Positions 55,393 through 64,000 of a stretch of DNA of 64,000 nucleotides are shown one piece after another. The position numbers and the translations under genes were made by a program. Below the pieces are notes generated by a model, which was not told where the DNA came from, ran no database searches, and was given only the letters and a program-made list of their open reading frames with translations. Every line of letters starts with the position of its first letter. Positions within the stretch are counted from its first letter, which is position 1. Source of the DNA: an uncultured Bacteroidota bacterium (lineage in GTDB: Bacteria; Bacteroidota; Bacteroidia; UKL13-3); the NCBI GenBank assembly GCA_903883965.1, contig CAISCU010000043.1, forward strand, positions 64,050 to 128,049, read 5' to 3'.

Positions 55393-57099
55393 ATGACAAA
55401 ACGCTGGCTGCCCAAAATATTACCCGAAAAAAACCTTGTTGAACAACTTTCTAAGTTGATTAACTTGAATAAGGTGCTTACTGGAATTTTGATTCAGCGA
55501 GGAATAGCAAGCTTTGAAATAGCCAAAAAGTTTTTTAGACCCCAACTGTCAGACTTACATGATCCTTTTTTAATGAAGGGCATGGATGCAGCCATTCTTA
55601 GAATAGAAGAGGCCATTCAGAACAATCAAAAAATTCTGATTTATGGAGATTATGATGTAGACGGCACTACTGCTGTTTCAACCGTTTATTCGTTTTTCTC
55701 TAGAAAGTATGACAACCTTGATTATTATATACCAGATAGGTATACGGAAGGTTATGGAATTAGTTTTATGTCTATTGATTGGGCAAGAAACAATGCTTTT
55801 TCTCTAATTATTGCCCTTGATTGCGGTATTAAATCCATAGACAAAGTCAATTATGCCAAAGACCAAGGCATAGATTTTATCATTTGTGACCACCATTTAC
55901 CAGGAGATGAAATTCCGGATGCGGTTGCTGTGTTAAATCCTAAACAAAAAGATTGTCCTTATCCGTTTAAGGAACTTTCGGGTTGTGGCATTGGTTTCAA
56001 ATTGATTCAGGCATATGCCCAAAAGCACCAAATTTCATTCAAAGAAGTTGAAAAATTCCTTGATTTAGCTGCCGTAAGTATTGCTTCTGATTTGGTTCCA
56101 ATTTTAGATGAAAATCGTATTCTTGCTTATTACGGGTTAAAAAGATTAAAAGACAATCCTAACAATGGATTAAAGGCTTTATTGGAAGAATATCCTGTAA
56201 AACCTGAGTACAGTGTAAATGATATTGTGTTTTTTATAGGTCCAAGAATCAATGCTGCTGGTAGAATTGCAGATGCCAAGGAGTCTGTCCGTTTAATGAC
56301 TTCACCAGATGCTGCAGATGCCAAACGAATTGCTTTTTTGGTAAACCAACACAACAATGAAAGACGCACTTTTGACCAATCAATCACCGAACACGCATTT
56401 GAGTTAATTGTTCAAGACCCCCTCTTTGCTGAAAGAAAAAGTACTGTTTTGTTTCACAATGAATGGCACAAAGGGGTAATTGGAATTGTTGCATCTCGCT
56501 TAATTGAAAAATATTATAGGCCAACAATTATTCTTACAGAATCAAATGGAATGGCAACAGGCAGTGCAAGGTCTGTAGAAGGATTTGACCTATACAGTGC
56601 CATTGAATCATGCAGCGATTTATTGGATCAATATGGTGGACATACGCACGCAGCCGGCCTTACATTGAAACTTGAGAACCTCGCCACTTTTAAAGAAAGA
56701 TTTGAGCGAGTGGTTGCTGAAAATATTGAACACAGAAGTTTGACGCCAGAAATTGAGTATGACATGGAAATAGACTTGCGCACCATTACGCCTAAGTTTT
56801 TCAATGTACTCAAACAGTTTTCGCCATTTGGCCCCGGAAACCAAAACCCTGTTTTCATGAGTAAACATGTGTGGGATGTGGGCGATGTAACCAAAGTTGG
56901 CAATAACCACTTAAAATTGAGTTTAACCCAAGAAAATGGTGGTAGAATTTTTAAAGCAATAGCATTCGGCTTGGGCGAACACTACGAAAAAGTTGCTCAA
57001 GGCATTTCTTTTGACATTTGTTATTCCATTGAAGAAAACCATTTCAATGGGCATGTCAATATTCAGTTAAATATCAAAGACATTTTATTTAAATCTTAG
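55393..57099 (+). CDS. recJ: single-stranded-DNA-specific exonuclease RecJ
   Basis: DHH motifs ILIYGDYDVDGTT, ALDCG and ICDHH; DHHA1 GGHTHAAG. Confidence 0.92.
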   Translation: MTKRWLPKILPEKNLVEQLSKLINLNKVLTGILIQRGIASFEIAKKFFRPQLSDLHDPFLMKGMDAAILRIEEAIQNNQKILIYGDYDVDGTTAVSTVYSFFSRKYDNLDYYIPDRYTEGYGISFMSIDWARNNAFSLIIALDCGIKSIDKVNYAKDQGIDFIICDHHLPGDEIPDAVAVLNPKQKDCPYPFKELSGCGIGFKLIQAYAQKHQISFKEVEKFLDLAAVSIASDLVPILDENRILAYYGLKRLKDNPNNGLKALLEEYPVKPEYSVNDIVFFIGPRINAAGRIADAKESVRLMTSPDAADAKRIAFLVNQHNNERRTFDQSITEHAFELIVQDPLFAERKSTVLFHNEWHKGVIGIVASRLIEKYYRPTIILTESNGMATGSARSVEGFDLYSAIESCSDLLDQYGGHTHAAGLTLKLENLATFKERFERVVAENIEHRSLTPEIEYDMEIDLRTITPKFFNVLKQFSPFGPGNQNPVFMSKHVWDVGDVTKVGNNHLKLSLTQENGGRIFKAIAFGLGEHYEKVAQGISFDICYSIEENHFNGHVNIQLNIKDILFKS

Positions 57100-57106
57100 C
57101 AATTGC

Positions 57107-58444
57107 TTATTTGAGCAAATGCCAAAGCGTTTCCATGTAATTAGCATCTGAAATTTCAGATTCAGTACCACTGGCAATAATGTGTTCTACTAACAAATCA
57201 TTTTTCTTTCCTTGCTCCAATGCATAACTATAGGGGCTCAAACTAAATGTTGTTAGTTCGTATTGAGATTTATATTTGTCAGGGTACAAGGCAGACAATT
57301 CATGCTCTATGTGTTTTTTATGTAGGAAATGTTTGTCTCCAACTTTGTCGGCCATTTCGTAATAATTTTGAATAGCCAGTTCTGAAATAGCATCTGCATT
57401 GGGTTTGCGGAGTTTTTGGTATTCGTCAAAAATCTTTTCCCAATCATCGCCATAAGCTTCAATGCATTCGTCTAACACCACGCAATCTTCAAAGCTACAA
57501 TTCATACCTTGGCCATAAAATGGTACAACTGCGTGCGCCGCATCGCCTAATAAAGCCAATTTATCTTTACGCACCCAAGGGTAACAACGAACAGTTACTA
57601 AGCTTGAAGTAGGGTTGGCAAAAAAGTCTTCAACCAAAGTTGGCATCATAGGAACTGCATCAGGAAAATGCGCATTGAAAAACGCAATTACATCGGCTTC
57701 GGTTTGGAGTTTTGAAAACCCAAACTCACCTTCAAATGGCATAAATAGGGTACAAGTAAAATCGCCAGCTGGATTGGGCAAAGCAATCATCATAAATGAG
57801 CCTCTAGGCCAAATGTGCAAGGCGTTTTTCTCCATCTGAAATTGACCAGCTCCTGCTGCAGGTATGATCAATTCTTTGTAACCAACATGTAAATATGACT
57901 GCGAATAATTGAAACGGTCGGTTATTTGCATTCTGCCTCTTGTTGCCGCAAAAGCCCCATCGGTTCCAATGATATGGTCTGATGTAAAAGTTTGCTGGCT
58001 TCCATCTTCCATTTCAAACTTGGCAATGCATTGATCCATGTCAACATCTATACACTTGGCATTGAAATACAAATGAATATTGGGGTAATTTGCAGTAAGT
58101 TCAATTAATTTTAAATTCAATCGGCCTCTAGAAACAGAGTTTATGGCTTGTCCGTCTTTTCCGTAGGGCTGGTAGTTGAGTTCACCAACTTTACTGTGCA
58201 TCATTCTGCCTGACATTGGAATGGCATCTTCGAGAATTTCCTCGTCTAATCCAATTTTTTTCAAGGCATTTAATCCCCTTGTAGAAAGCGCTAAATTGAT
58301 TGATCTACCCGCATAAATTTTTGCAGTTCTTAAATCAGGTCTGCGTTCAAACAAGTGTACTTCAAACCCCCTTTTTGCAAGGTATATAGATAAAAGTGAA
58401 CCGGATAATCCACCTCCAATAATGCTGATTTTTTTTGCTTTCAT
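57107..58444 (-). CDS. kmo: kynurenine 3-monooxygenase (FAD-dependent)
   Basis: KISIIGGGLSGSLLSIYLAKRGFEVHLFERRPD (dinucleotide fold), GRSINLALSTRG and LLGDAAHAVVPFYGQGMNCSFED. ATG 58444 is preferred; the track start 58471 is a TTG. Confidence 0.85.
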   Translation of the reverse strand: MKAKKISIIGGGLSGSLLSIYLAKRGFEVHLFERRPDLRTAKIYAGRSINLALSTRGLNALKKIGLDEEILEDAIPMSGRMMHSKVGELNYQPYGKDGQAINSVSRGRLNLKLIELTANYPNIHLYFNAKCIDVDMDQCIAKFEMEDGSQQTFTSDHIIGTDGAFAATRGRMQITDRFNYSQSYLHVGYKELIIPAAGAGQFQMEKNALHIWPRGSFMMIALPNPAGDFTCTLFMPFEGEFGFSKLQTEADVIAFFNAHFPDAVPMMPTLVEDFFANPTSSLVTVRCYPWVRKDKLALLGDAAHAVVPFYGQGMNCSFEDCVVLDECIEAYGDDWEKIFDEYQKLRKPNADAISELAIQNYYEMADKVGDKHFLHKKHIEHELSALYPDKYKSQYELTTFSLSPYSYALEQGKKNDLLVEHIIASGTESEISDANYMETLWHLLK

Positions 58445-58490
58445 GTTATGCGAACTTATTATTTTACTCAACCAAATGGTATGATAGAAA

Positions 58491-59753
58491 TCAATTTTTA
58501 AAATAGTTTTCTAAGACCTGACCTATTTGGTACATTTCTTCAAATTGGTTGTACAAAGGAACAGGGCTCATTCTTATGACATTGGGCTCTCTCCAATCGG
58601 GCATAATGTTGTTTTGTTCTAGATAGTCGAATAATTTTTTGCCATTTTCTTTGACAATGATAGAAAGCTGACAGCCTCTATCTATTGGGTTTTTGGGCGT
58701 TATGATGCTTAGGTGTTCCTGAAATTGGCTCAAAATAAATTCGAGATATGCGGTAAGTAATTCGCTTTTGTTTCTTAGATTTTCCATTCCTGCTTCCACA
58801 AAAATGCTAAGAGAAGCATTGTGTATTGCCATAGGAAAAATTTGAGCGTTGCTCAATTGCCAGCCTGCGGCTCCTTCCATTGGAATAAATCCTTTTTTCA
58901 TTAAGAACCTGCTTTTTTCGTCATGTCCCCACCAACCAGCAAACCTTGGTAAGTTTGGATTGTTGGCATGTCTTTCGTGAACAAAAACCCCGCTGGTACC
59001 ACCAGGCCCAGAATTGAGGTATTTGTAAGAACACCAAACAGCAAAGTCTACATCCCAATTGTGCAGCTGTATGTGTAAGTTGCCCGCAGCATGTGCCAAA
59101 TCAAAACCAGCAATAGCGCCAGCCAAATGTGCTGCTTCAGTAATGGCTTTCATATCAAAAGCTTGGCCGGTTAAATAATTGACACCACCCATCATAACAA
59201 TAGCTAACTCGTTTTTGTGTAGGTCAATGGCAGCCAGAATATCTTCTGTTCTTAAGGTGTGTTCGCCTGCTCTTGGAAACAATTCAACAATGGCCTCGTT
59301 TGGATCAAATCCATGGAATTTTACTTGCGATTCCATGGCGTATTGGTCTGAAGGGAATGCACTGCCCTCCATGATAATCTTGAACCTGCTTTTGGTTGGT
59401 CTGTAAAAACTCACCATCATCAAGTGCAAATTGGCAGTAAGGTTGTTCATAATAACCACTTCAACCGGTTTAGCACCAACTACTTGGGCTGCTTTCTCGG
59501 TTAAAAAATGGTGGTAATACATCCAAGGATTTTTACCTTTAAAATGCCCTTCAACACCAAGATTTGCCCAATCTTCTAATTCTTGATTGACGGCATTTTT
59601 AACAGTTTTAGGCTGCAAGCCCAAGGAGTTCCCACAAAGGTATATTTGCTTTTTGCCGTCAATGTTGGGTATGTGAAATTGGCTACGAAAGCCAGAAAGG
59701 GTGTCTTGTTGATCGAGTTCTTGAGCGAATGCGCGGGTGTTTTGAAAAATCAT
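58491..59753 (-). CDS. kynU: kynureninase
   Basis: LCGNSLGLQPK, GFDLAHAAGN, and the PLP-lysine region WCSYKYLNSGPG. Confidence 0.87.
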   Translation of the reverse strand: MIFQNTRAFAQELDQQDTLSGFRSQFHIPNIDGKKQIYLCGNSLGLQPKTVKNAVNQELEDWANLGVEGHFKGKNPWMYYHHFLTEKAAQVVGAKPVEVVIMNNLTANLHLMMVSFYRPTKSRFKIIMEGSAFPSDQYAMESQVKFHGFDPNEAIVELFPRAGEHTLRTEDILAAIDLHKNELAIVMMGGVNYLTGQAFDMKAITEAAHLAGAIAGFDLAHAAGNLHIQLHNWDVDFAVWCSYKYLNSGPGGTSGVFVHERHANNPNLPRFAGWWGHDEKSRFLMKKGFIPMEGAAGWQLSNAQIFPMAIHNASLSIFVEAGMENLRNKSELLTAYLEFILSQFQEHLSIITPKNPIDRGCQLSIIVKENGKKLFDYLEQNNIMPDWREPNVIRMSPVPLYNQFEEMYQIGQVLENYFKN

Positions 59754-59834
59754 AACAAAGATTAATGGGCAATTTTACGCAAAATTGAGCGAATACTTAA
59801 AATGTCAGTTCCAGAATGACGCAAAATGAAAATT

Positions 59835-60263
59835 CTATTTCACTAAATCCCAGCTATGGTCGCCCAATAATTTTACGCTTGCAAGGTGGTTGCCAATTGG
59901 TTTACTGCGGCCCCACTCTTGAGGCCCTATCAATGACAATTTATAATGATCTTCTATTTCATATACATGGTAAACCTGCCCAATAACAGGGGTGAAACGC
60001 ATGTCTGACTGATAAATTTTTTCAGATACCAACAAGCGCTGTTCAATTTCACGAACCTGTTGCATGATTAAATCAGCTTGTTTTTTTAACATGCCAATTT
60101 CTTGATTGGCATAGTGGTGCATGGCTTCTACAGCATTTGCTTTGATTTTGTTTTTGTCTTCGGGTCTGATAACCGGTGCGCCAATACTTAGAGGTATTGG
60201 AGACAAAGAATTTGGTCCAATATAGCTGCCGTCTTCGTTGTATAAATCTTTTTCTGTTGCCAT
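59835..60263 (-). CDS. conserved hypothetical protein (possibly DUF2452-like; assignment from memory only)
   Basis: 142 aa, with a central coiled-coil-like QEIGMLKKQADLIMQQVREIEQRL and no catalytic motif recognised. Same strand as, and 81 nt upstream of, kynU. Confidence 0.5.
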   Translation of the reverse strand: MATEKDLYNEDGSYIGPNSLSPIPLSIGAPVIRPEDKNKIKANAVEAMHHYANQEIGMLKKQADLIMQQVREIEQRLLVSEKIYQSDMRFTPVIGQVYHVYEIEDHYKLSLIGPQEWGRSKPIGNHLASVKLLGDHSWDLVK

Positions 60264-60377
60264 TTAATTCTTAAACCAATAATACACAAAAAGGTTTGAG
60301 ATGGGTTCATATTTTAAGTTCAAAGACTAAGTTTCAAGCTTTTCTTAAAAACAAAAACTATCCAAGCAATAAATGGT

Positions 60378-60385
60378 TAAATTTG
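60378..60385 (+). promoter_or_regulatory. Bacteroidota -7 promoter box TAAATTTG
   Basis: Exact TAnnTTTG match 18 nt upstream of ATG 60404. Confidence 0.5.
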
Positions 60386-60403
60386 TTAGATAAATTAGCA
60401 GTT

Positions 60404-61246
60404 ATGCAAGTTCAAGTTGAAATTGACCAACATTCAGGTTTTTGCTTTGGGGTAGTCTTTGCCATTCAAATGGCTGAAGATATTTTAAATGATGAAGGTC
60501 ATTTATATTGTTTGGGAGATATTGTTCACAACGACGAAGAAGTTGCAAGACTCAAAGCCAAGGGTCTTGAAATTATAGACCATGATAAGTTCAAAACACT
60601 TTCAAAGGTAAAAGTGTTGATTCGGGCACATGGTGAACCCCCTGAAACCTATCAATTGGCTCTCAATAACCAAATTGAATTAGTAGATGCCAGTTGTCCG
60701 GTAGTATTGAAATTGCAAAACCGTGTAAGGGAAGCTGCCAATGACCAAGAACAAATTATTATTTACGGCAAGCATGGCCATGCAGAAGTGAAAGGTTTGT
60801 TAGGGCAAACAGGTGGAAACGCAATTGTAATCGAAAAATTTGAAGAGTTGGATAATTATACTTTACCCAACAAGGTGCAGCTGTATAGTCAAACTACCAA
60901 GCGCACAAAAAATTTGTATGCACTCAAACAGTTATTAGAAGACAAAGGAATTCAGGTAGACTTTAATGATACGTTGTGCAGACAAGTTAGTAACAGAGAT
61001 ATTCAACTCCGCGATTTTGCCCAAAAATTTGATGTAGTTGTATTTGTTGCAGGTGTTAAATCATCAAACGGTAAAGTATTGTTTGATGTTTGCAAGGACA
61101 ACAACCCCCGCACTCATTTTATCAGTCATGAAAATGAATTGGATAAAGCCTGGTTCAATACTGGGGAAAACATTGGTATTTGTGGAGCCACATCAACACC
61201 TCAGTGGCAAATGGAAAAAGTACAATCAGCCATTTTAGCATTATGA
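60404..61246 (+). CDS. ispH: 4-hydroxy-3-methylbut-2-enyl diphosphate reductase
   Basis: MQVQVEIDQHSGFCFGV, GDIVHN, VDASCP and SSNG motifs. The track start 60296 adds 36 non-homologous residues. Confidence 0.9.
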   Translation: MQVQVEIDQHSGFCFGVVFAIQMAEDILNDEGHLYCLGDIVHNDEEVARLKAKGLEIIDHDKFKTLSKVKVLIRAHGEPPETYQLALNNQIELVDASCPVVLKLQNRVREAANDQEQIIIYGKHGHAEVKGLLGQTGGNAIVIEKFEELDNYTLPNKVQLYSQTTKRTKNLYALKQLLEDKGIQVDFNDTLCRQVSNRDIQLRDFAQKFDVVVFVAGVKSSNGKVLFDVCKDNNPRTHFISHENELDKAWFNTGENIGICGATSTPQWQMEKVQSAILAL

Positions 61247-61806
61247 TAAACAATCTTAAACGCATTGCAGTAACACTGGTTTTATTACCTACTCTTTTAG
61301 CATTTTCATTTTTAAAATCAAATGAAGTAGCTAAGAATTTTCACCAGTTTAAAATTCAATCCTTAACAGGAAATAAAACCATAGATATGGTCCAATTCAA
61401 AGGCAAGTATATTTTGTGTGTAAATGTGGCTAGTTACTGTGGCTATACCAAACAATATACAGACTTAATCAATTTGCAAAAACGCTATACCGAAAAGCTG
61501 GTGGTAATTGGTTTTCCTTGCAATCAGTTTGGAGAACAAGAACCTGGAACTGCAACCGAAATCATGAGTTTTTGCAAGAAAAATTATGGTGTAAATTTTT
61601 TACTTACAGAAAAAATTGAAGTAAAGGGAGCCAATCAACACCCCATTTATAAATGGCTTACAGCAGCTAAATTGAACCAAATAGAAAGCAATGAAGTGAA
61701 ATGGAATTTCAATAAATTTTTAATAGACCCATCAGGTAATTGGTTGGCTTATTTTCCTTCATCTGTAGACCCAAAAGATGAAAGCATCACTCAGTTTTTT
61801 CACTAA
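61243..61806 (+). CDS. glutathione peroxidase family protein (Cys type) with N-terminal signal/anchor
   Basis: VNVASYCGYTKQY (Cys encoded by TGT), GFPCNQFGEQEPG and WNFNKFLI. Its ATG 61243 overlaps the ispH stop (ATGA). Confidence 0.85.
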   Translation: MINNLKRIAVTLVLLPTLLAFSFLKSNEVAKNFHQFKIQSLTGNKTIDMVQFKGKYILCVNVASYCGYTKQYTDLINLQKRYTEKLVVIGFPCNQFGEQEPGTATEIMSFCKKNYGVNFLLTEKIEVKGANQHPIYKWLTAAKLNQIESNEVKWNFNKFLIDPSGNWLAYFPSSVDPKDESITQFFH

Positions 61807-62508
61807 CTAAGGTGCAAAGGCCAAGGCTGCCACACTAACTTTGCAATTGCCCATTTGTAGCAGTTCTGTTGCCAAACTTTCTATAGTAGCACCCGTAGTT
61901 ACAACATCGTCTACCAATAAAAAATGGCATGGTTCTTTTTGTTGAAACAGTTGCTGATCTACTTCATAAATTGAAAGCACATTCTCCCATCTTTCAATTC
62001 TAGATTTAGCAGTTTGAGTGCTGGTATGGATGGTTCTTTTTACATACTCACTTTTATTTTGAATAAGCGTAACCGAAGCAATTCCTTGTACAAGGAGTTC
62101 ACTTTGGTTGAAACCTCTTTGTTTGAATCTTTTGGGATGCAATGGAACTGCAATAAGTGCATTGACTCCATTCAGATACAATTCCGATTTTATTTGCTGC
62201 CCAAATCTTTGCCCAAAATCAAAGGCAAGCTGTTTGTTCCCCTTGTATTTAATGGCTTGTACAATGCGTTTTACCAATCCAGCTTTTTTGTAAACCAAAT
62301 AGGCAAAGGCCTGTTCAACTTTAACCCTTCCCCAAAAGGTCTTTACAAGTGGATTATTGGCTTCTAAATGGTAATTGGTTACAGGAAGTTCCAATTCGCA
62401 GTTTAGGCAAATATGGGATTCTTGGTCAAGTAAAACCTTTTCGCAGCCAATACATCCAATAGGAAATAAAACAGACAGCAATGCATCAATCATGCAGCCA
62501 ATATGCAT
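61807..62508 (-). CDS. comF: ComF family protein (phosphoribosyltransferase domain)
   Basis: N-terminal Cys pairs CIGCEKVL...CLNCE, and the C-terminal PRPP loop FLLVDDVVTTGATIE. Confidence 0.75.
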   Translation of the reverse strand: MHIGCMIDALLSVLFPIGCIGCEKVLLDQESHICLNCELELPVTNYHLEANNPLVKTFWGRVKVEQAFAYLVYKKAGLVKRIVQAIKYKGNKQLAFDFGQRFGQQIKSELYLNGVNALIAVPLHPKRFKQRGFNQSELLVQGIASVTLIQNKSEYVKRTIHTSTQTAKSRIERWENVLSIYEVDQQLFQQKEPCHFLLVDDVVTTGATIESLATELLQMGNCKVSVAALAFAP

Positions 62509-62539
62509 TTTTAAAGCATATGGTTTTCCTTAAAAATGT

Positions 62540-64000
62540 TTAGTCTATTGATTGATAATTAGCACCTAAATTCCAAAGTATGAAACTCCACATATCGGTT
62601 GCATCCTCAATTAATTTTGTGGTTGGTTTGCCTGCTCCATGGCCTGCCTTGCTGTCTATCCGAATCAGAACCGGATTTCCTTTTGGGTCTTGGTTGGCTT
62701 GTAATGTTGCTGCAAATTTAAATGAATGAGCAGGTACCACTCTATCGTCATGATCGGCTGTCATAATCAGTGTTGCTGGGTAATTGATGCCTTTTTTTAT
62801 GTTGTGAAGTGGAGAATATTGATATAAATATTTAAACTGCGATTCATTTTCACTGCTCCCGTATTCTACCGCCCATCCCCACCCAATGGTAAATTTATGG
62901 TAACGCAGCATGTCTAATACGCCTACTGCGGGTATTGCCACCTTAAATAATTGAGGTTGTTGGGCCATACATGCCCCTACCAATAGGCCACCGTTTGATC
63001 CACCGTGAATAGCTAACTTTTGGCTTGATGTGTATTTGTTTTCAATTAAATAATTTGCAGCGGCAATGAAATCATCAAATACATGTTGTTTGTTTTCTAA
63101 CATGCCTGCTTGGTGCCAAGCCTCGCCATATTCACCTCCGCCTCTTAAATTGGCAACAGCATAAATGCCGCCTTGCTCCAAGAAAACCATTCTTGAAACA
63201 GAAAAACCGGGAGTAAGGTTGATATTGAATCCGCCGTAGCCGTATAACAAAGTTGGGTTGTTGCCATCCAATTTAGTTCCTTTTTTACTGATAATAAAAA
63301 GCGGAATTTGAACCCCATCTTTTGAAGGGTAAAAAACTTGTTTTGTTTCATATTCAGATGTGTTCAGATTGGTGCTTGTTTTTCTGAACAAAGTACTTTT
63401 TCCATTCTGAATATTGTAATGATAAATTTCGCCCGGGTTTGTAAAAGAACTAAAAGCATAAAAAACCTCTTGGTCAGTTTTTTTACCAGAAATTCCTGTT
63501 GTGGTTCCAATCTCAGGTAGTTGAATTTCTTTTTCAAGTGCGCCTGAATAGTTGTATTGAAACAAACGTGAACTGGCATCTTTTAAGTAAGTAGCAAACA
63601 GTTTACCACCACAAGTGTTTACCTGTTCTAATAAATTGCTCGAAGCAGCAATAATGGTTTTCCAATTTTTAGGTTCAGGTTTCAATGGGTCTACCTGCAC
63701 CAATTGATAGGTTGGCGCATTGTAGTCAGTGAGTACCAGTAATTGGTTTTCAATGTTGTCTATGATAGAGTAGTTGTTGGTAAAACCTTTAAACAATAAA
63801 CTGAAACCTTGTTGGTTTTTGTTCAGGTCTTGAAGCCAAATTTCAGAGCCTGATGTACCCTCAGAACAGTTGATGAAAAGATAGTGTTCATCTTCAGTAA
63901 CAGCTGCATTGAAATACCTCAATGGATGTGATTTGTCTTCGTAAACCAATGCATCTTCAGATTGGTTTTTGCCCAATTCATGGTAATAAATTTTCATGTA
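62540..64000 (-). CDS. prolyl oligopeptidase (S9A), C-terminal part; gene continues past the right edge
   Basis: Catalytic Ser GGSNGGLLVGA, then ADHDDRVVPAHSFK and GHGAGKP. The frame is still open at 64000 and beta-propeller-like sequence lies upstream, so the M at 63997 is internal. Confidence 0.87.
   Translation of the reverse strand, partial: YMKIYYHELGKNQSEDALVYEDKSHPLRYFNAAVTEDEHYLFINCSEGTSGSEIWLQDLNKNQQGFSLLFKGFTNNYSIIDNIENQLLVLTDYNAPTYQLVQVDPLKPEPKNWKTIIAASSNLLEQVNTCGGKLFATYLKDASSRLFQYNYSGALEKEIQLPEIGTTTGISGKKTDQEVFYAFSSFTNPGEIYHYNIQNGKSTLFRKTSTNLNTSEYETKQVFYPSKDGVQIPLFIISKKGTKLDGNNPTLLYGYGGFNINLTPGFSVSRMVFLEQGGIYAVANLRGGGEYGEAWHQAGMLENKQHVFDDFIAAANYLIENKYTSSQKLAIHGGSNGGLLVGACMAQQPQLFKVAIPAVGVLDMLRYHKFTIGWGWAVEYGSSENESQFKYLYQYSPLHNIKKGINYPATLIMTADHDDRVVPAHSFKFAATLQANQDPKGNPVLIRIDSKAGHGAGKPTTKLIEDATDMWSFILWNLGANYQSID

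Noticed and set aside
61425-61445. Possible selenocysteine (TGA) in the glutathione peroxidase active site
   Set aside because: The active-site residue in VASYCGYT is encoded by TGT (Cys). There is no in-frame TGA and no SECIS-like hairpin.
1-64000. CRISPR arrays, IS elements, prophage or defence islands, rRNA, tmRNA, RNase P or SRP RNA
   Set aside because: No regularly spaced repeats, transposase, integrase or phage-like ORFs were seen. No non-coding gap is longer than about 260 nt, and the longest such gap (23631-23890) holds the TPP riboswitch and its promoter, so there is no room for the larger structured RNAs.

Overview
AT-rich, very tightly packed chromosomal segment that reads as core genome of a Bacteroidota organism (Flavobacteriia/Cytophagia-like). 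The taxon call rests on two T9SS type B C-terminal sorting domains, recurrent TAnnTTTG -7 promoter boxes close to start codons, a DUF4270-like/short glycogen-synthase-like/panC neighbourhood, and kynurenine-pathway genes. I cannot name a species.

About 50 protein genes are supported. They include mnmG (partial), ybeY, an M16 peptidase pair, tatA, gatA, mutL, carB, menF, glmS, panC, recJ, tsaB, ispH, kynU, a kynurenine 3-monooxygenase, a MoxR ATPase, a three-gene two-component phosphorelay, a 1637-aa T9SS adhesin-like protein and a partial prolyl oligopeptidase. There is also one tRNA-Leu(CAG), one TPP riboswitch and three strong intrinsic terminators.

I found no transposase, integrase, phage gene, CRISPR array, or recognisable defence or toxin-antitoxin module, so I cannot honestly point to a clear-cut new system. 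The items most worth a second look are:
1. A T9 homopolymer that separates the signal peptide from the riboswitch-controlled TonB-dependent receptor.
2. A sensor kinase / response regulator / hybrid kinase cluster whose last gene overlaps (ATGA) a hotdog thioesterase-menF pair.
3. A mutL / rhomboid / rhomboid / membrane EEP-fold operon with 0-5 nt gaps.
4. A periplasmic SurA-like PPIase 1 nt upstream of an orphan MoxR ATPase.
5. An RluB-like pseudouridine synthase with a roughly 215-aa basic N-terminal extension containing a recent 114-bp tandem duplication.

All calls come from reading motifs in the supplied translations and DNA. No database search was run.
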